Below are positions 31,423-32,000 of a DNA stretch of 32,000 nt, in pieces. Made by a program: the position numbers and the translations under genes. The notes beneath the pieces were generated by a model, which worked only from the letters and a program-made list of their open reading frames with translations, was not told where the DNA came from and did no database searches. Origin of the DNA: Escherichia coli. GTDB lineage: Bacteria; Pseudomonadota; Gammaproteobacteria; Enterobacterales; Enterobacteriaceae. The number at the start of each line of letters is the position of its first letter. The stretch's first letter is position 1. The DNA lies in assembly GCF_048571485.1 (NCBI RefSeq), contig NZ_CP074911.1. One strand, written 5' to 3'.

Positions 31423-32000
31423 TCAGAACTTCAACGACCCCTGCATATACAGCGTGCGCGGCTGGCCTGCATAGATGCCTTTGTTGTTGTCGTCATAAGA
31501 GCGGATGAAGTAGTCCTGGTCGAAGATGTTTTTCACACCGAATGCCAGGTTCAGATCTGCCATCTGCGGGCCAAAATCATACGCCACGCGTGCGCCCCAG
31601 AGCATGAAGCCGGGAATGCGGCCGGTACTGCCGTCGGCGCTCTCTTTCACCGTATTGGCGTTATCCGCAAACTGGCTGGACTGGAAATCGCTGTTCAGAT
31701 TGAACGTCCAGTTTCCTGGCTTGTAGTCCACGCCCAGCGTGCCTTTATGTTTCGGGGAGAATGGTACCAGATTGCCGTAGGTGTCGCCTTTCTCGCGGAT
31801 TTCCGCGTTCACATACGCATAGCTGGCGTAGATGGAAACGTTATCAAGCGTTGGCGTTAGCGTACCCAGATCGTAACGTGCCTGCGTTTCCAGCCCGGTA
31901 TGGCGCGTTTTGCCACGTGCAGTGACGGTGTCGTTGGTCTGGTTGGAGTCGTACTGATTGTTAAAGTTAATCAGGAACAGCCCCATTTCCGCCGTCAGCG
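31423..32000 (-). CDS. fecA: TonB-dependent ferric citrate receptor, C-terminal part (runs off the right edge)
   Basis: Beta-barrel C-terminus ...FGVKNIFDQDYFIRSYDDNNKGIYAGQPRTLYMQGSLKF. Confidence 0.95.
   Translation of the reverse strand, partial: LTAEMGLFLINFNNQYDSNQTNDTVTARGKTRHTGLETQARYDLGTLTPTLDNVSIYASYAYVNAEIREKGDTYGNLVPFSPKHKGTLGVDYKPGNWTFNLNSDFQSSQFADNANTVKESADGSTGRIPGFMLWGARVAYDFGPQMADLNLAFGVKNIFDQDYFIRSYDDNNKGIYAGQPRTLYMQGSLKF

Overview
This window looks like an E. coli chromosome. It starts in core genes on the minus strand (valS, holC, a REP/BIME array, pepA), continues with lptF-lptG (+), yjgR (-) and ahr/yjgB (-), and reaches tRNA-Leu (leuX, 9518-9602). A P4-like satellite prophage is integrated at leuX. 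Its order is int, an AT-rich two-gene cargo cassette, an IS66-family insertion, an Ogr/Delta-like gene, psu, sid, an ori-like intergenic region, vis/AlpA, a CI-type immunity RNA region, a Kil/Icd-like ORF, an epsilon-like ORF, an orf106-like ORF, the alpha primase/helicase, a crr-like region, and an imperfect copy of the leuX 3' end at about 23593-23612. Beyond it lies a mosaic segment with an abortive-infection-like gene, an IS-truncated gene, a decayed IS911-like element and a reductase fragment. The window ends in the ferric citrate operon fecEDCB and partial fecA (minus strand). The best candidate for an under-described system is the pair at 11458-13836. It encodes an MltR-family protein with a HEPN-like RNxxxH motif and a 528-aa protein with an N-terminal PD-(D/E)xK-like (D...QxK) motif. 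It sits between int and the late genes, the position where P4 satellites carry variable anti-phage cargo. Product names are from sequence recognition only; no database search was run.
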